This document shows, one piece after another, positions 28,638 to 39,210 of a stretch of 64,000 nt of DNA. The DNA is from Verrucomicrobiota bacterium (lineage in GTDB: Bacteria > Verrucomicrobiota > Verrucomicrobiia > Chthoniobacterales > UBA10450), in the NCBI GenBank assembly GCA_041167045.1, contig JBEEGW010000001.1, positions 6,514 through 70,513 of the forward strand, given 5' to 3'. The notes below the pieces were generated by a model. That model was not told the DNA's origin. It worked only from the letters and a program-made list of their open reading frames with translations, and made no database searches. Within the stretch, counting starts at the first letter, position 1. Each line of letters opens with the position of its first letter. A program made the position numbers and the translations under genes.

Positions 28638-29450
28638 TTAAGATTTGTCGCTCGAGAAAAATCCGGTGAGCGGACTCGTCGGGCTCGCGCTTGTCGATCT
28701 TTCCGCCAAACCAATTTCGCGCGCTTCGCGGCCTGCTTCGATAGCGCCCTTGAATGCTTTTGCCATGCGAACGGGATCAGACGCAATCGCTATCGCGGTG
28801 TTGACGAGAACGGCGTCCGCGCCCATCTCCATCGCTTCGGCTGCCTGGCTCGGCGCGCCCAAACCCGCATCGACCACCACCGGCACGGTCGCCTGTTCGA
28901 TGATGATCTCAATCTGCGCACGCGTTTCAATTCCGCGATTGCTCCCGATCGGCGAACCGAGCGGCATCACCGTAGCCGTTCCGACATCCTGCAAACGTTT
29001 CGCCAAAACCGGATCGGCGTTGATGTACGGCAGCACCGTGAAACCTTCCTTCACCAAAATCTGCGCTGCCGCCAAAGTTTCAATCGGATCAGGAAGTAAA
29101 TAACGGGGATCGGGATGAATTTCGAGCTTCACCCACGTCGGCAGTCCCGCAGCAGCAGCGAGGCGCGCCAGGCGCACCGCTTCCTCGGCCGTGCGCGCGC
29201 CGCTCGTGTTCGGCAAAAGCAGAAAACGTTTTGGATCGACATAATCCAAGATGTTCGCGAACGGGTCGCCTTTGCCGGAAATATCGGCGCGGCGCAGCGC
29301 CACCGTCACGATCTCCGTGCCGCTCGCGATCAGCGCGTCGCGCATCAATTCGTTTGAGGCGAACTTGCCCGTGCCCAAAAGCAAGCGCGACGAGAACTCG
29401 CGATCGGCGATTTTTAATTTGGAAGGCTTGTCCGCCATCGGCCGAAGCAT
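28638..29450 (-). CDS. thiG: thiazole synthase
   Basis: LLLGTGKF motif and the ThiG TIM-barrel pattern. The true start is probably at MADKPSKL. Confidence 0.9.
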   Translation of the reverse strand: MLRPMADKPSKLKIADREFSSRLLLGTGKFASNELMRDALIASGTEIVTVALRRADISGKGDPFANILDYVDPKRFLLLPNTSGARTAEEAVRLARLAAAAGLPTWVKLEIHPDPRYLLPDPIETLAAAQILVKEGFTVLPYINADPVLAKRLQDVGTATVMPLGSPIGSNRGIETRAQIEIIIEQATVPVVVDAGLGAPSQAAEAMEMGADAVLVNTAIAIASDPVRMAKAFKGAIEAGREAREIGLAERSTSASPTSPLTGFFSSDKS

Positions 29451-29497
29451 AAACGAATTCGCTGTACGAATCGAATTCCTTCCGCCAGTTTCTTGGC

Positions 29498-30280
29498 GTG
29501 ACGAAATTCGATCTGCATTTGCAAGATTGCGTCGCGGGAATGGCGAATTTGCCGCGAGAACATGTCGATCTTGTCGTCACGTCGCCGCCTTATAACCTCG
29601 GCATTCGCTACGGAAAATTCTCCGACCGGCAAGATCGACAGTCGTATTTGGCCTGGTGCGGCGAATGGGCCGCGCAAATTCGCCGCGTCTTAAAACCGAG
29701 CGGCTCCTTTTTTCTCAACATCGGCGCGGCGCCGTCGAATCCGATGCTGCCGCACGAGATTGTTTTTGCGCTGCGCGATCTCTTTGTTTTGCAAAACACG
29801 ATTCACTGGATCAAATCGATTGCGATCGAAGATCGCACACACGGCCATTTCAAACCAATCAGCTCTCCGCGCTTCTTGAACGATTGCCACGAATACATTT
29901 TTCATTTCGCCATCGACGGCAAGATCGACATAGACCGACTCGCGCTCGGCGTTCCATATTCGGACAAAAGCAACATCGCGCGCTGGAAACATACCGCGGG
30001 CGCTGATCTTCGTTGTCGTGGCAACACTTGGTTCGTTCCGTACGAAACCATTCAGCGCCGCGCGAAAGAGCGGCCGCATCCGGCGACGTTTCCTGTCGAT
30101 CTTGTCGTCAATTGCATCAAACTGCACGGCGCCGCCAAAGTGAAAACGATGCTCGATCCATTTCTCGGCATCGGGAATTCGGCCGTGGCCGCGCAAAAAT
30201 GCGGTGTGAGAAAATTTATCGGGTTCGAGATCGACGAGAATTATTTCGCGGAAGCGAAACGCCGCTTGGAATTACAGTAA
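29498..30280 (+). CDS. orphan beta-class DNA methyltransferase (N6-adenine or N4-cytosine)
   Basis: Motif [12 protein letters not shown] precedes motif [14 protein letters not shown] (beta-class permutation). 260 aa. No restriction endonuclease gene is adjacent. Confidence 0.8.
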   Translation: MTKFDLHLQDCVAGMANLPREHVDLVVTSPPYNLGIRYGKFSDRQDRQSYLAWCGEWAAQIRRVLKPSGSFFLNIGAAPSNPMLPHEIVFALRDLFVLQNTIHWIKSIAIEDRTHGHFKPISSPRFLNDCHEYIFHFAIDGKIDIDRLALGVPYSDKSNIARWKHTAGADLRCRGNTWFVPYETIQRRAKERPHPATFPVDLVVNCIKLHGAAKVKTMLDPFLGIGNSAVAAQKCGVRKFIGFEIDENYFAEAKRRLELQ

Positions 30281-31333
30281 CTCGCCGTCTTTTTTCGCGC
30301 TTTTTTCCGACTGCGCAAACTTATCGAGCGATTTCACCAGATTTCCCGGCAGCGGCCGGACGCGGTCGATGATTCGATCGGCCAATAATTTTCCGGTGAG
30401 ATAACCGGCCGAAAACATTTCCAGGCGCGCATCGAGATTGTCGATGTAATGCAGGGCCATCGCTTCGGGCGTTTTCGGGAAGACAGGCGAGCCAAACTGC
30501 ATTTCGCCATGATGCGAACCGACAAGATGTAGCAAATGCATGCGCACATCTTCGGAAGCGGGCACAAGATTTTTCCACGCTTCCGCATTCTCCGCGCTCA
30601 ATTTGCGCCAAAGCGAATTTACCAGTTCCAAACCGATCGAGATGTGTCCGATGAGTTCGCCGCGCTCGTCGTAGCCCATGGTGAAACCGGATTCGGGCAA
30701 ATGATTTTCCCAAAGCTTGCCCGAATCGTGAAACAGAATTCCGGCGATTAAAAGATCGGCATTAAGTTCGGGATAAAGCGGCGCGATCGCACTGGCCACG
30801 CGCATCATTTGCGCAGTGTGCTCGACCAGTCCGCCGCGGCGCGCGTGATGATAATTGCGCGCCGCCGCTGTGCGCCGAAAGCGATCGCCCCATTCTTTCA
30901 GGAACGCTTCGCACAAAATGCGGAGCCGCGGATCGATGATCGCCTTTATGCTTTGAAGAATGAATTCCCAATCGGCGGATTGTTTCGCGCGCAGATCGGC
31001 CGGGCCTTGTAGCAATTCGTTTTTTTCCTGCTCGGTGAGCGGACGGACATTCCATTTCTGCGCCTCAAGCCCAAATTGCGAATGGGTATGAAATTCCGCG
31101 GTCAGCTCGATGAAACTTTCGATCGGAAGTGCGCTGCACGTTTTGTAGGAGGGATGATCGCTCCAAACGCGGAGCGACATGCGGTCACAGGCGTCGGCCA
31201 GACTCAGCTCGCAATACGGCTTTTGCTCCCGCGTCAGCCGCGGTGTCGCGCTCTCCACTTGCACGTGGACGCGCGCCGTCGCCGGGCCGCTTTGCGCAGC
31301 CCGGCGGATCTCACTCAATGTTTTCAGGTCCAT
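30272..31333 (-). CDS. YhaM-like 3'-5' exoribonuclease / HD-domain phosphohydrolase with N-terminal OB fold
   Basis: HD-domain motifs (HHARRGGLVEHT, HDSGK). The N-terminal region of ~150 aa is consistent with an OB fold. Confidence 0.6.
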   Translation of the reverse strand: MDLKTLSEIRRAAQSGPATARVHVQVESATPRLTREQKPYCELSLADACDRMSLRVWSDHPSYKTCSALPIESFIELTAEFHTHSQFGLEAQKWNVRPLTEQEKNELLQGPADLRAKQSADWEFILQSIKAIIDPRLRILCEAFLKEWGDRFRRTAAARNYHHARRGGLVEHTAQMMRVASAIAPLYPELNADLLIAGILFHDSGKLWENHLPESGFTMGYDERGELIGHISIGLELVNSLWRKLSAENAEAWKNLVPASEDVRMHLLHLVGSHHGEMQFGSPVFPKTPEAMALHYIDNLDARLEMFSAGYLTGKLLADRIIDRVRPLPGNLVKSLDKFAQSEKSAKKDGELL

Positions 31334-31342
31334 GTCGATCTT
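31333..31342 (-). repeat. motif copy abutting the start codon of the YhaM-like gene (AAGATCGACATGGAC)
   Basis: TGTCGATCTT at 31333..31342. The start codon is the complement of 31331..31333. Confidence 0.85.
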
Positions 31343-31357
31343 ATCTCCGCGTTCAAT

Positions 31358-32698
31358 TTAATGCGGAACAGTCGGCAATTGCAGCATTAGATTCGGATTG
31401 GTCGTTCCCGTTTGCAGCAGGTACGCGGGGTATTGCCCATTCCAATGCTCAACCCGAGCGCGCTCCACTTCGAGCGAACGCAGTTGGTAAAGCAACGGAT
31501 TCTGCTGCGCTTCGGCGAGCGCCTTGTTCACTTCGCGAATCGATTGCGCTTCCGCTTGCGCGGCGATCTTCTTCGCATCGGCCTCGCCCGACGCGATACG
31601 ACGCGCGCGTTCCGCGACCGCGTTTGCCTCGAGCGTGACGCGATCGTTGTCGCGTTGCTGCGCGGCAAACTTCGCTTCGTTTACCACTTTCAACTGTTGC
31701 GCGATGACGGTGTTGTCGATCGCTTTTTGGATTTCGCCATTCTCGTAGGTCATTCCCCCAAACATTCCGACCGTTGTGATGACGATGCCGCGTTGCGCGA
31801 AGAAATTCGTGATGTCGATCTTCACCGCATCCGAAATTTCCTGTTTCCGCGCGCGCAAGGCATCGAGCGGATATCGCGCCGCGATCTCGGCGCTCATTTG
31901 TTGAATGCGACCGCGCACTTCGGTGTCCATCACGTTTGCGAGCGAACCGGTCGGATACCAATAGAGGAACTTGGCCGCTTGCTCTTCCGGAATGAACGAT
32001 GTGCAGGTGAATCCCATGCTGAACCCGACACTGTCCGAGCTCTCGATCCAGATGGCCTGATTTTTCGCCGCCGTCCCGGTGGACGCTTCTGCTGTCCACT
32101 CGCGTGTCACAGGCGAACGATTCACTTTGATCAAACGCACCGTCGGAATCCAGCGGCCGCTGTTTGGCAGCCGGCCTTCCTGCGACCAACGATGCGTGAT
32201 CTGCACGCGCTTGGCTGCGACCTTCAGTTCGCGCAGATATTCTTCCGATTGAAACTTCGCCTGGCTTCCGCTGTTGCCCTCGAGCGGAATCAGGAAACCT
32301 GTTTCCGACGTATCGATCTCGGAATATTCCGGCGTGTCGTACGGACGCACGCAGCCGTTCAACGCAAAGATCGACATGGTGGCGACGATCGTTAGCGTCG
32401 GCCACCGTCGTGTCGCATCACGACGCGTTTTGCTCACCAACAGCCAAGCAGTCACGATGGCGATCACGATAATCGCTGCGTCGCCCGCCTCTTTGTAAGT
32501 TTCAAACAAACGCAATTGCCGAAAATCAGCATCGTTTCCATTCAATTGATGGATGGCGAGCTGGGTTGAGATGTTCGGTTGAATCGCGTTCAACCAAAAA
32601 CGCTCCATCGCAATCGCGCACACTACCACTGCAACAAACACCATTAATCTTTTAACAGTGCTCATTTTTTCCGTCCTTCTAAACTCGCCGGTTTTCAC
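31358..32698 (-). CDS. SPFH (band 7/prohibitin-like) domain protein with lipoprotein-like signal. The N-terminal extent is uncertain.
   Basis: A C-terminal coiled-coil Ala/Gln-rich region and an SPFH core. An internal RRWPTLTIVATMSIFALNGC resembles a lipobox signal peptide. The first ~110 aa (two TM segments) may be an extension or a separate small ORF. Confidence 0.55.
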   Translation of the reverse strand: MKTGEFRRTEKMSTVKRLMVFVAVVVCAIAMERFWLNAIQPNISTQLAIHQLNGNDADFRQLRLFETYKEAGDAAIIVIAIVTAWLLVSKTRRDATRRWPTLTIVATMSIFALNGCVRPYDTPEYSEIDTSETGFLIPLEGNSGSQAKFQSEEYLRELKVAAKRVQITHRWSQEGRLPNSGRWIPTVRLIKVNRSPVTREWTAEASTGTAAKNQAIWIESSDSVGFSMGFTCTSFIPEEQAAKFLYWYPTGSLANVMDTEVRGRIQQMSAEIAARYPLDALRARKQEISDAVKIDITNFFAQRGIVITTVGMFGGMTYENGEIQKAIDNTVIAQQLKVVNEAKFAAQQRDNDRVTLEANAVAERARRIASGEADAKKIAAQAEAQSIREVNKALAEAQQNPLLYQLRSLEVERARVEHWNGQYPAYLLQTGTTNPNLMLQLPTVPH

Positions 32699-32997
32699 CA
32701 GCGTTTTGCGTCCGCGCTTCTGCGGGAAGTTCAGACCTTCTGTGAGATTGGGGAAGGTTTTTTAGACACTCCTTGCTCTCGGTGTTTCGCTTACGAGGTT
32801 AGCTGTCGGGCTAGAACCACCAAGTGTTCCTGACGCCGCAGCGTCATGCGCCCCGATCTCTTTCGAGAATTTTGGATCCCCCGCTGGCCAGCACACGCCG
32901 GCCACTCAGCACTAACAAAGAACTACCTAATTAGACAGGAAGGCCCGGCTCGGCGTTCAGCGTGTCGCAACATGTCGATCTTGAGCCAATTGCGTGG

Positions 32998-33882
32998 CTA
33001 ATCGAGCAAGCGTTTTTCGAGTCCGGCGTAGGCATCAACACGACGATCGCGCAGAAACGGCCAGTGCGTGCGATGTTCGTTCACGCGGTTCCACTCCACG
33101 TCGGCCGTCACGATTTCTTCTCGATCCACTGAGCCTTGCGCAATGATTTCGCCGCTCGGCGCGACGATGAAACTTTGGCCCCAGAATTCAATGCCGTCGC
33201 CACCGGCCGGCGTTTCGTGACCGACGCGGTTCGGCACGGCGACGTAGCAACCGTTCGCAATCGCATGACTGCGTTGAATAGTTTCCCAGGCGGAATATTG
33301 CGCCGCACCGAATTCCTTTTTCTCTTTCGGGTGCCAGCCGATCGCAGTCGGATAAAACAAAATTTCAGCACCACGTAGCGCGGTCAGCCGCGCCGCTTCC
33401 GGATACCATTGATCCCAGCAAATGCAGACGCCGATATTTCCGCGCTGCGTTTTCCACGCCTGAAATCCGAGATCGCCCGGCGTGAAATAAAATTTCTCGT
33501 GATAGAGCGGATCATCGGGAATATGCATCTTGCGATACTTGCCGAGCAATTTGCCGTCGGCGTCGATGATCGCGGCCGTGTTGTGATAAAGACCGGCGCT
33601 GCGTTTCTCAAAAAGCGATGCGACAATTACGATCTGCAATTCGCGAGCAATTTCGCAGAGAGTAGATGTCGATCTTCCCGGAATTTCCTCGGCCAGCTCG
33701 AAGTTTTTGTGCTCTTCGGTCTGGCAAAAATATTGGGAGCGAAAAAGTTCCGGCAGACAAACGATCTGCGCGCCGTCCTTCGCGGCATCGCGGATGAACT
33801 CAACCGCGCGTCCGAAATTCTTTTCCGGTTCCGGCCCGCATCGCACCTGCACGAGCGCGATGCGAGTTTTGCGATCCGACAT
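32998..33882 (-). CDS. carbon-nitrogen hydrolase (N-carbamoylputrescine amidase-like)
   Basis: Catalytic E-K-C triad context (RIALVQ...CLPELF, KMHIPD, GVCICWDQWYPE). The start is called at MSDRKTRIALVQ (ATG at 33882) rather than the ORF-track start at 33978. Confidence 0.8.
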   Translation of the reverse strand: MSDRKTRIALVQVRCGPEPEKNFGRAVEFIRDAAKDGAQIVCLPELFRSQYFCQTEEHKNFELAEEIPGRSTSTLCEIARELQIVIVASLFEKRSAGLYHNTAAIIDADGKLLGKYRKMHIPDDPLYHEKFYFTPGDLGFQAWKTQRGNIGVCICWDQWYPEAARLTALRGAEILFYPTAIGWHPKEKKEFGAAQYSAWETIQRSHAIANGCYVAVPNRVGHETPAGGDGIEFWGQSFIVAPSGEIIAQGSVDREEIVTADVEWNRVNEHRTHWPFLRDRRVDAYAGLEKRLLD

Positions 33883-33886
33883 CAGA

Positions 33887-34495
33887 TTATTTGATCGAAA
33901 CGGCTGGAACGATCTTGATGCTTTCGACGTTGATTCGTTTAAGCGGACGATCGCTCGCGCCGGTCTTGGTGGTCGCAATTTTTTCCAACACGTCGTCGCC
34001 TTTGATCAGTTTGCCGAACGCGGTGTATTGGTGGTCGAGGAATGTCGGCTCGCCATGGCAAATGAAGAACTGGCTGCCCGCAGAATTCGGATCGCTTGAG
34101 CGCGCCATCGAGAGCACGCCGCGCGTGTGCGATTTGTCGTTAAACTCAGCGTCGATCTTGTAACCGGGATCGCCCGTGCCCCAGCGCGCCTGATTGCCGT
34201 CGTCCTTAGTGAGCGGATCGCCGCCCTGAATCATAAAGCCTTTGATGACGCGATGGAAAGCGGTGCCATCGTAAAAACCTTGTCGCGCCAGCTTTTTGAA
34301 ATTTTCGACCGTCTTTGGCGCTACATCTGGCCAAAATTCGGCGACCATTTCGCCTTCGCTTGTCTTGATTACCGCTACTTCGTTTGAATTGCTCATAGTT
34401 TCATTTTTTTCATCTGCGCAAATTTGCGTTGCGCCAATCCCGGCAGCGATCAACGCGGTCGCTAAGATCGACATTTTCATTCTGATCTGTGGCAC
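33887..34495 (-). CDS. ppiB: peptidyl-prolyl cis-trans isomerase, cyclophilin type, secreted
   Basis: Signal peptide plus cyclophilin motifs (FHRVIKGFMIQGGDP, SMARSSDPNSAGSQFFI). Confidence 0.85.
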   Translation of the reverse strand: MPQIRMKMSILATALIAAGIGATQICADEKNETMSNSNEVAVIKTSEGEMVAEFWPDVAPKTVENFKKLARQGFYDGTAFHRVIKGFMIQGGDPLTKDDGNQARWGTGDPGYKIDAEFNDKSHTRGVLSMARSSDPNSAGSQFFICHGEPTFLDHQYTAFGKLIKGDDVLEKIATTKTGASDRPLKRINVESIKIVPAVSIK

Positions 34496-34510
34496 GAACG
34501 TTTCTCGATG

Positions 34511-37500
34511 TCACGCGCTCTTCGCGTGATATTCCTGCAAACTGCGCACGTGAAACTTTCGCTTTTGCAATGAGCGAATGCCGTTCGCACTCGCTTGCGC
34601 CGCGCGCAGCGTCGTCATGATCGGAATTTTTTGGGCGAGCGCGGCGTTGCGAATTCGCACTTCGTCTTCGCGCGGAATTTTTCCGCTCGGCGTGTTGATG
34701 ATAAAATTGATGTCGCCATTCTTTACGCGGTCGAGCACATTCGGCCGGCCTTCGCGCAGTTTGAAAACTTTGGCCACTGGAATGCGCGCCTTGGCCAAAG
34801 TTTTCGCGGTTCCCTCCGTCGCGATAATTCCAAAACCAAGACTAACAAACTCACGCGCTATCGGCAGCACGCCTTTCTTGTCGTTGTCTTTCACGCTGAT
34901 GAAAACATTGCCCGCGGTCGGCAATTGCGGGGGCGCGGCCATCTGCGATTTCGCGTAAGCAAGGCCAAGATCGACATCGATCCCCATCACTTCGCCGGTC
35001 GACTTCATCTCCGGTCCCAGCGCGATGTCGATTCCTTGATAACGCAAGAACGGAAAGACCGCTTCCTTCACGGAATAATGTTTCGGCACGATTTCTTTTG
35101 TGAAATCGAGTTCGCGCAAAGTTTTTCCGGTCATCACTTTCGCCGCGAGCTTAGCCAGCGGCACGCCGATCGCCTTGCTCACGAACGGGACCGTGCGCGA
35201 CGCGCGCGGATTTACTTCCAGCACATAAACTTCTTCGCCTTTTACAGCGAACTGCACGTTCATCAGACCGCGCACCTTCAGTTCTCCGGCCATCGCTTTG
35301 GTCGCGGTGGAAATTTCTTCGAGAACTTTCTTCGACAACGAAAACGTCGGGATCACGCACGCGCTGTCGCCGCTGTGAATGCCGGCCTCCTCGATGTGTT
35401 CCATGATCGCGCCGATCACAGTCGTCTCGCCGTCGGCGATGCAATCGACATCCACTTCGATCGCATCCTCTAAAAAACGATCGACCAAGACCGGCCGATC
35501 GGGCGTCACTTCGATCGCGCTCGCCATGTACCGCCGCAAATCTTCTTCCTGATAAACAAGCTCCATGGCGCGACCGCCGAGAACAAACGACGGTCTAACG
35601 AGCACCGGATAACCGATCTTCTTTGCGATCGCGACCGCGTCATCGGTGTTCACGGCCGAACCGCTCGGCGTTTGACGCAGCCCAAGTTTGTCCAGCATCG
35701 CGGCGAATAATTGTCGATCTTCCGCCGTCTCGATGCTCTCGGGTTGTGTGCCGATGATCGGAACGCCCGCTTCTTTTAGTCCATCGGCCAGATTGAGCGG
35801 AGTTTGCCCGCCGAACTGCACGATCACGCCTTCCGGTTTTTCCTGGTCGTAAATATTGAGCACGTCTTCGAGCGTGAGCGGTTCGAAATAAAGTTTGTCG
35901 CTCGTGTCGTAATCGGTCGAAACGGTTTCCGGATTTGAATTCACCATGATCGTTTCGAAGCCGAGCTCGCGCAGAGCGAAGGCGGCGTGCACGCAGCAGT
36001 AATCGAATTCAATTCCCTGCCCAATGCGGTTCGGCCCGCCGCCCAGGATCATGATCTTGCGCTTGCCGCTTTCGCGTCGCTCGTTCTCGTCACCGTAGGT
36101 CGAATAATAATAAGGCGTGAACGCTTCGAACTCCGCCGCGCAAGTATCGACCAGACGATACGTCGGAATGATATTGTCGATCTTGCGTTGCTGACGGATC
36201 TCCGAATCGGATTTTGTTCGCGCAATCGCGATCTGCCGATCGGAAAAGCCGAATTTTTTTGCGCGAACAATCGCGCCATTGCCGGCTGCAAGTTTCTTAC
36301 TTTCCTCGACGATCTGGCGAACATTCTGCAAGAACCACTTGTCGATCTTGGTCAGGTCGAAAACTTCGTCGATCGACATTCCATCCTGAAAAGCTTGCGC
36401 GAGATAGAAAATCCGTTCTGCATTTGGAACGGAGAGTTTCAGGCGCAACGTTTCTGGATCGACATGTTTTTCGGCGCCGTCGGCGCACAAGCCGAAGCGT
36501 TTGATCTCGAGGGAACGCAAGGCTTTCTGCAGCGCTTCCTTAAATGTGCGACCGATCGCCATCGCTTCGCCCACGCTTTTCATTTGCGTTGTCAGCGTCG
36601 CATCTGCTTGCGGAAATTTTTCGAAAGTGAAGCGCGGCACCTTTACGACGCAGTAATCGATGGTCGGCTCGAAGCTCGCTGGTGTTTCGCGTGTGATGTC
36701 GTTTTTGATTTCGTCGAGCGTGTAGCCGACCGCGAGTTTGGCCGCGATTTTGGCGATCGGAAATCCGGTCGCTTTCGAAGCGAGCGCGCTCGAGCGCGAC
36801 ACGCGCGGATTCATCTCGATCACAACCATGCGCCCATTGTTTGGATCGACTGCAAACTGAATGTTCGAGCCGCCCGTTTCGACGCCGATCTCGCGAATGA
36901 CGTCGAACGATGCGTCGCGCATCATTTGATATTCCTTGTCGGTCAGCGTTTGCACCGGTGCGACCGTGATCGAATCGCCGGTGTGCACTCCCATCGGATC
37001 GAAGTTCTCGATCGAACAAACAACCACGCAGTTGTCCGCGCGATCGCGCATCACTTCCATCTCGAATTCCTTCCAACCGACGAGCGATTCTTCGATGAGC
37101 ACTTCGTTGACCGGCGAAAGATCGAGACCGCGGCTCGCAATTTCTTCCAGCTCATCGCGATTGTAAGCGATGCCACCGCCGCTGCCCCCGAGCGTGAAGG
37201 CCGGCCGAATGATGAGCGGGAACGTTCCGATCTCGCCGGCGACGCGATCTGCGTCCGCCAGCGAGCGGGCGATGCCGGAGCGCGGCACGTCGAGACCGAT
37301 GCGCAACATCGCTTCCTTGAACAATTGTCGATCTTCGCCCTTCGCGATGGCTTGCGCGTTTGCGCCGATCAATTTCACGCCGTGTCGTGCGAGCGCGCCG
37401 TTGCGATTTAACGCCATGGCGACATTAAGCGCGGTCTGTCCGCCCATCGTGGGCAGAAGCGCATCCGGTTTTTCGTGCTCGATGATCGCTTCCACCACTT

Positions 37501-37714
37501 CCGGCGTGATCGGCTCTATATAAGTACGATCGGCGAACTCCGGATCGGTCATGATCGTGGCCGGATTGGAATTCACGAGCACCACTTGATAACCTTCCTC
37601 GCGCAACGCCTTGCACGCTTGCACGCCGGAATAATCAAATTCGCAGCCCTGCCCGATCACGATTGGACCCGAGCCGATGAGCAAAATTTTCTTCAGTTGA
37701 TCGTTCCGCGGCAT
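34511..37714 (-). CDS. carB: carbamoyl-phosphate synthase large subunit
   Basis: 1067 aa with duplicated ATP-grasp halves and a C-terminal MGS-like domain. Canonical CarB sequence throughout. Confidence 0.97.
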   Translation of the reverse strand: MPRNDQLKKILLIGSGPIVIGQGCEFDYSGVQACKALREEGYQVVLVNSNPATIMTDPEFADRTYIEPITPEVVEAIIEHEKPDALLPTMGGQTALNVAMALNRNGALARHGVKLIGANAQAIAKGEDRQLFKEAMLRIGLDVPRSGIARSLADADRVAGEIGTFPLIIRPAFTLGGSGGGIAYNRDELEEIASRGLDLSPVNEVLIEESLVGWKEFEMEVMRDRADNCVVVCSIENFDPMGVHTGDSITVAPVQTLTDKEYQMMRDASFDVIREIGVETGGSNIQFAVDPNNGRMVVIEMNPRVSRSSALASKATGFPIAKIAAKLAVGYTLDEIKNDITRETPASFEPTIDYCVVKVPRFTFEKFPQADATLTTQMKSVGEAMAIGRTFKEALQKALRSLEIKRFGLCADGAEKHVDPETLRLKLSVPNAERIFYLAQAFQDGMSIDEVFDLTKIDKWFLQNVRQIVEESKKLAAGNGAIVRAKKFGFSDRQIAIARTKSDSEIRQQRKIDNIIPTYRLVDTCAAEFEAFTPYYYSTYGDENERRESGKRKIMILGGGPNRIGQGIEFDYCCVHAAFALRELGFETIMVNSNPETVSTDYDTSDKLYFEPLTLEDVLNIYDQEKPEGVIVQFGGQTPLNLADGLKEAGVPIIGTQPESIETAEDRQLFAAMLDKLGLRQTPSGSAVNTDDAVAIAKKIGYPVLVRPSFVLGGRAMELVYQEEDLRRYMASAIEVTPDRPVLVDRFLEDAIEVDVDCIADGETTVIGAIMEHIEEAGIHSGDSACVIPTFSLSKKVLEEISTATKAMAGELKVRGLMNVQFAVKGEEVYVLEVNPRASRTVPFVSKAIGVPLAKLAAKVMTGKTLRELDFTKEIVPKHYSVKEAVFPFLRYQGIDIALGPEMKSTGEVMGIDVDLGLAYAKSQMAAPPQLPTAGNVFISVKDNDKKGVLPIAREFVSLGFGIIATEGTAKTLAKARIPVAKVFKLREGRPNVLDRVKNGDINFIINTPSGKIPREDEVRIRNAALAQKIPIMTTLRAAQASANGIRSLQKRKFHVRSLQEYHAKSA

Positions 37715-37762
37715 CTGCGCGCGGGATGATAGAGCAAATCAGCCGAAGATCACGCGCGAATC

Positions 37763-38218
37763 TTATGCGACCGCCTGAGCGCGCTGACGATCGAGATAAA
37801 CTTTGCAGATGCCTTTGATGCGAGTGAGCACGTAATAAATTGTCTGGCTGCGTACGCGCACCAGCTCGCTGCCGACGATGCGCGTCACGAAGTCGCTCGG
37901 AAGATCGAGAATCTCCTGCGGCGTGCGGCCTTCGAGGCCTTTACAAAGAATCGCCGTCATGGCGCGGGTGAGCGTTTGCACTTCCGGACCGAGCGTCATG
38001 CGAATGTGCGCCTTGCCCTCAAGATCGACATGAAGATAAACGCCGACCGTGTCCGCGCATTCCTCGTCCTTGCGCACGTCTTCGAGATCGAACTTCTCGC
38101 CTTCACGCGGTTCCTGTTTCTTCGCGTTGTCCGCGTAAGCCACGAGCGTTTCTCGCCGCTCATCTTCGGGCAGCGATTCGAAAAGATTGATGATCTTGTT
38201 CAGCTTCTCCGGGTACAT
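37763..38218 (-). CDS. SufE-like sulfur acceptor protein
   Basis: 151 aa. The pattern aligns to SufE/CsdE (conserved Cys in EECADTVGVYL, C-terminal RSQTIYYVLTRIK). Sits next to a sulfurtransferase gene. Confidence 0.5.
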   Translation of the reverse strand: MYPEKLNKIINLFESLPEDERRETLVAYADNAKKQEPREGEKFDLEDVRKDEECADTVGVYLHVDLEGKAHIRMTLGPEVQTLTRAMTAILCKGLEGRTPQEILDLPSDFVTRIVGSELVRVRSQTIYYVLTRIKGICKVYLDRQRAQAVA

Positions 38219-38224
38219 CGACGA

Positions 38225-39091
<867 letters not shown>

Positions 39092-39153
39092 AGCCCTAAA
39101 GTTTCCGTCCGCTCGCCAGCGCGAGCAAGCAGTTTTACCCTGGCCCCCGAATC

Positions 39154-39210
39154 AATAGTCAGAGATTCCTCGACTTCGCTCGGAATGACAAAATACAAAT
39201 AGGACGCATG
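39154..39210 (+). promoter_or_regulatory. conserved upstream leader element, copy B, with mini-uORF MTKYK (39185..39202) ending 5 nt before the peptidase ATG
   Basis: AATAGTCAGAGATTCCTCGACTTCGCTCGGAATGACAAAA followed by TACAAATAG GACGC ATGAAGATT. Both downstream genes begin M-K-I. Confidence 0.5.
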
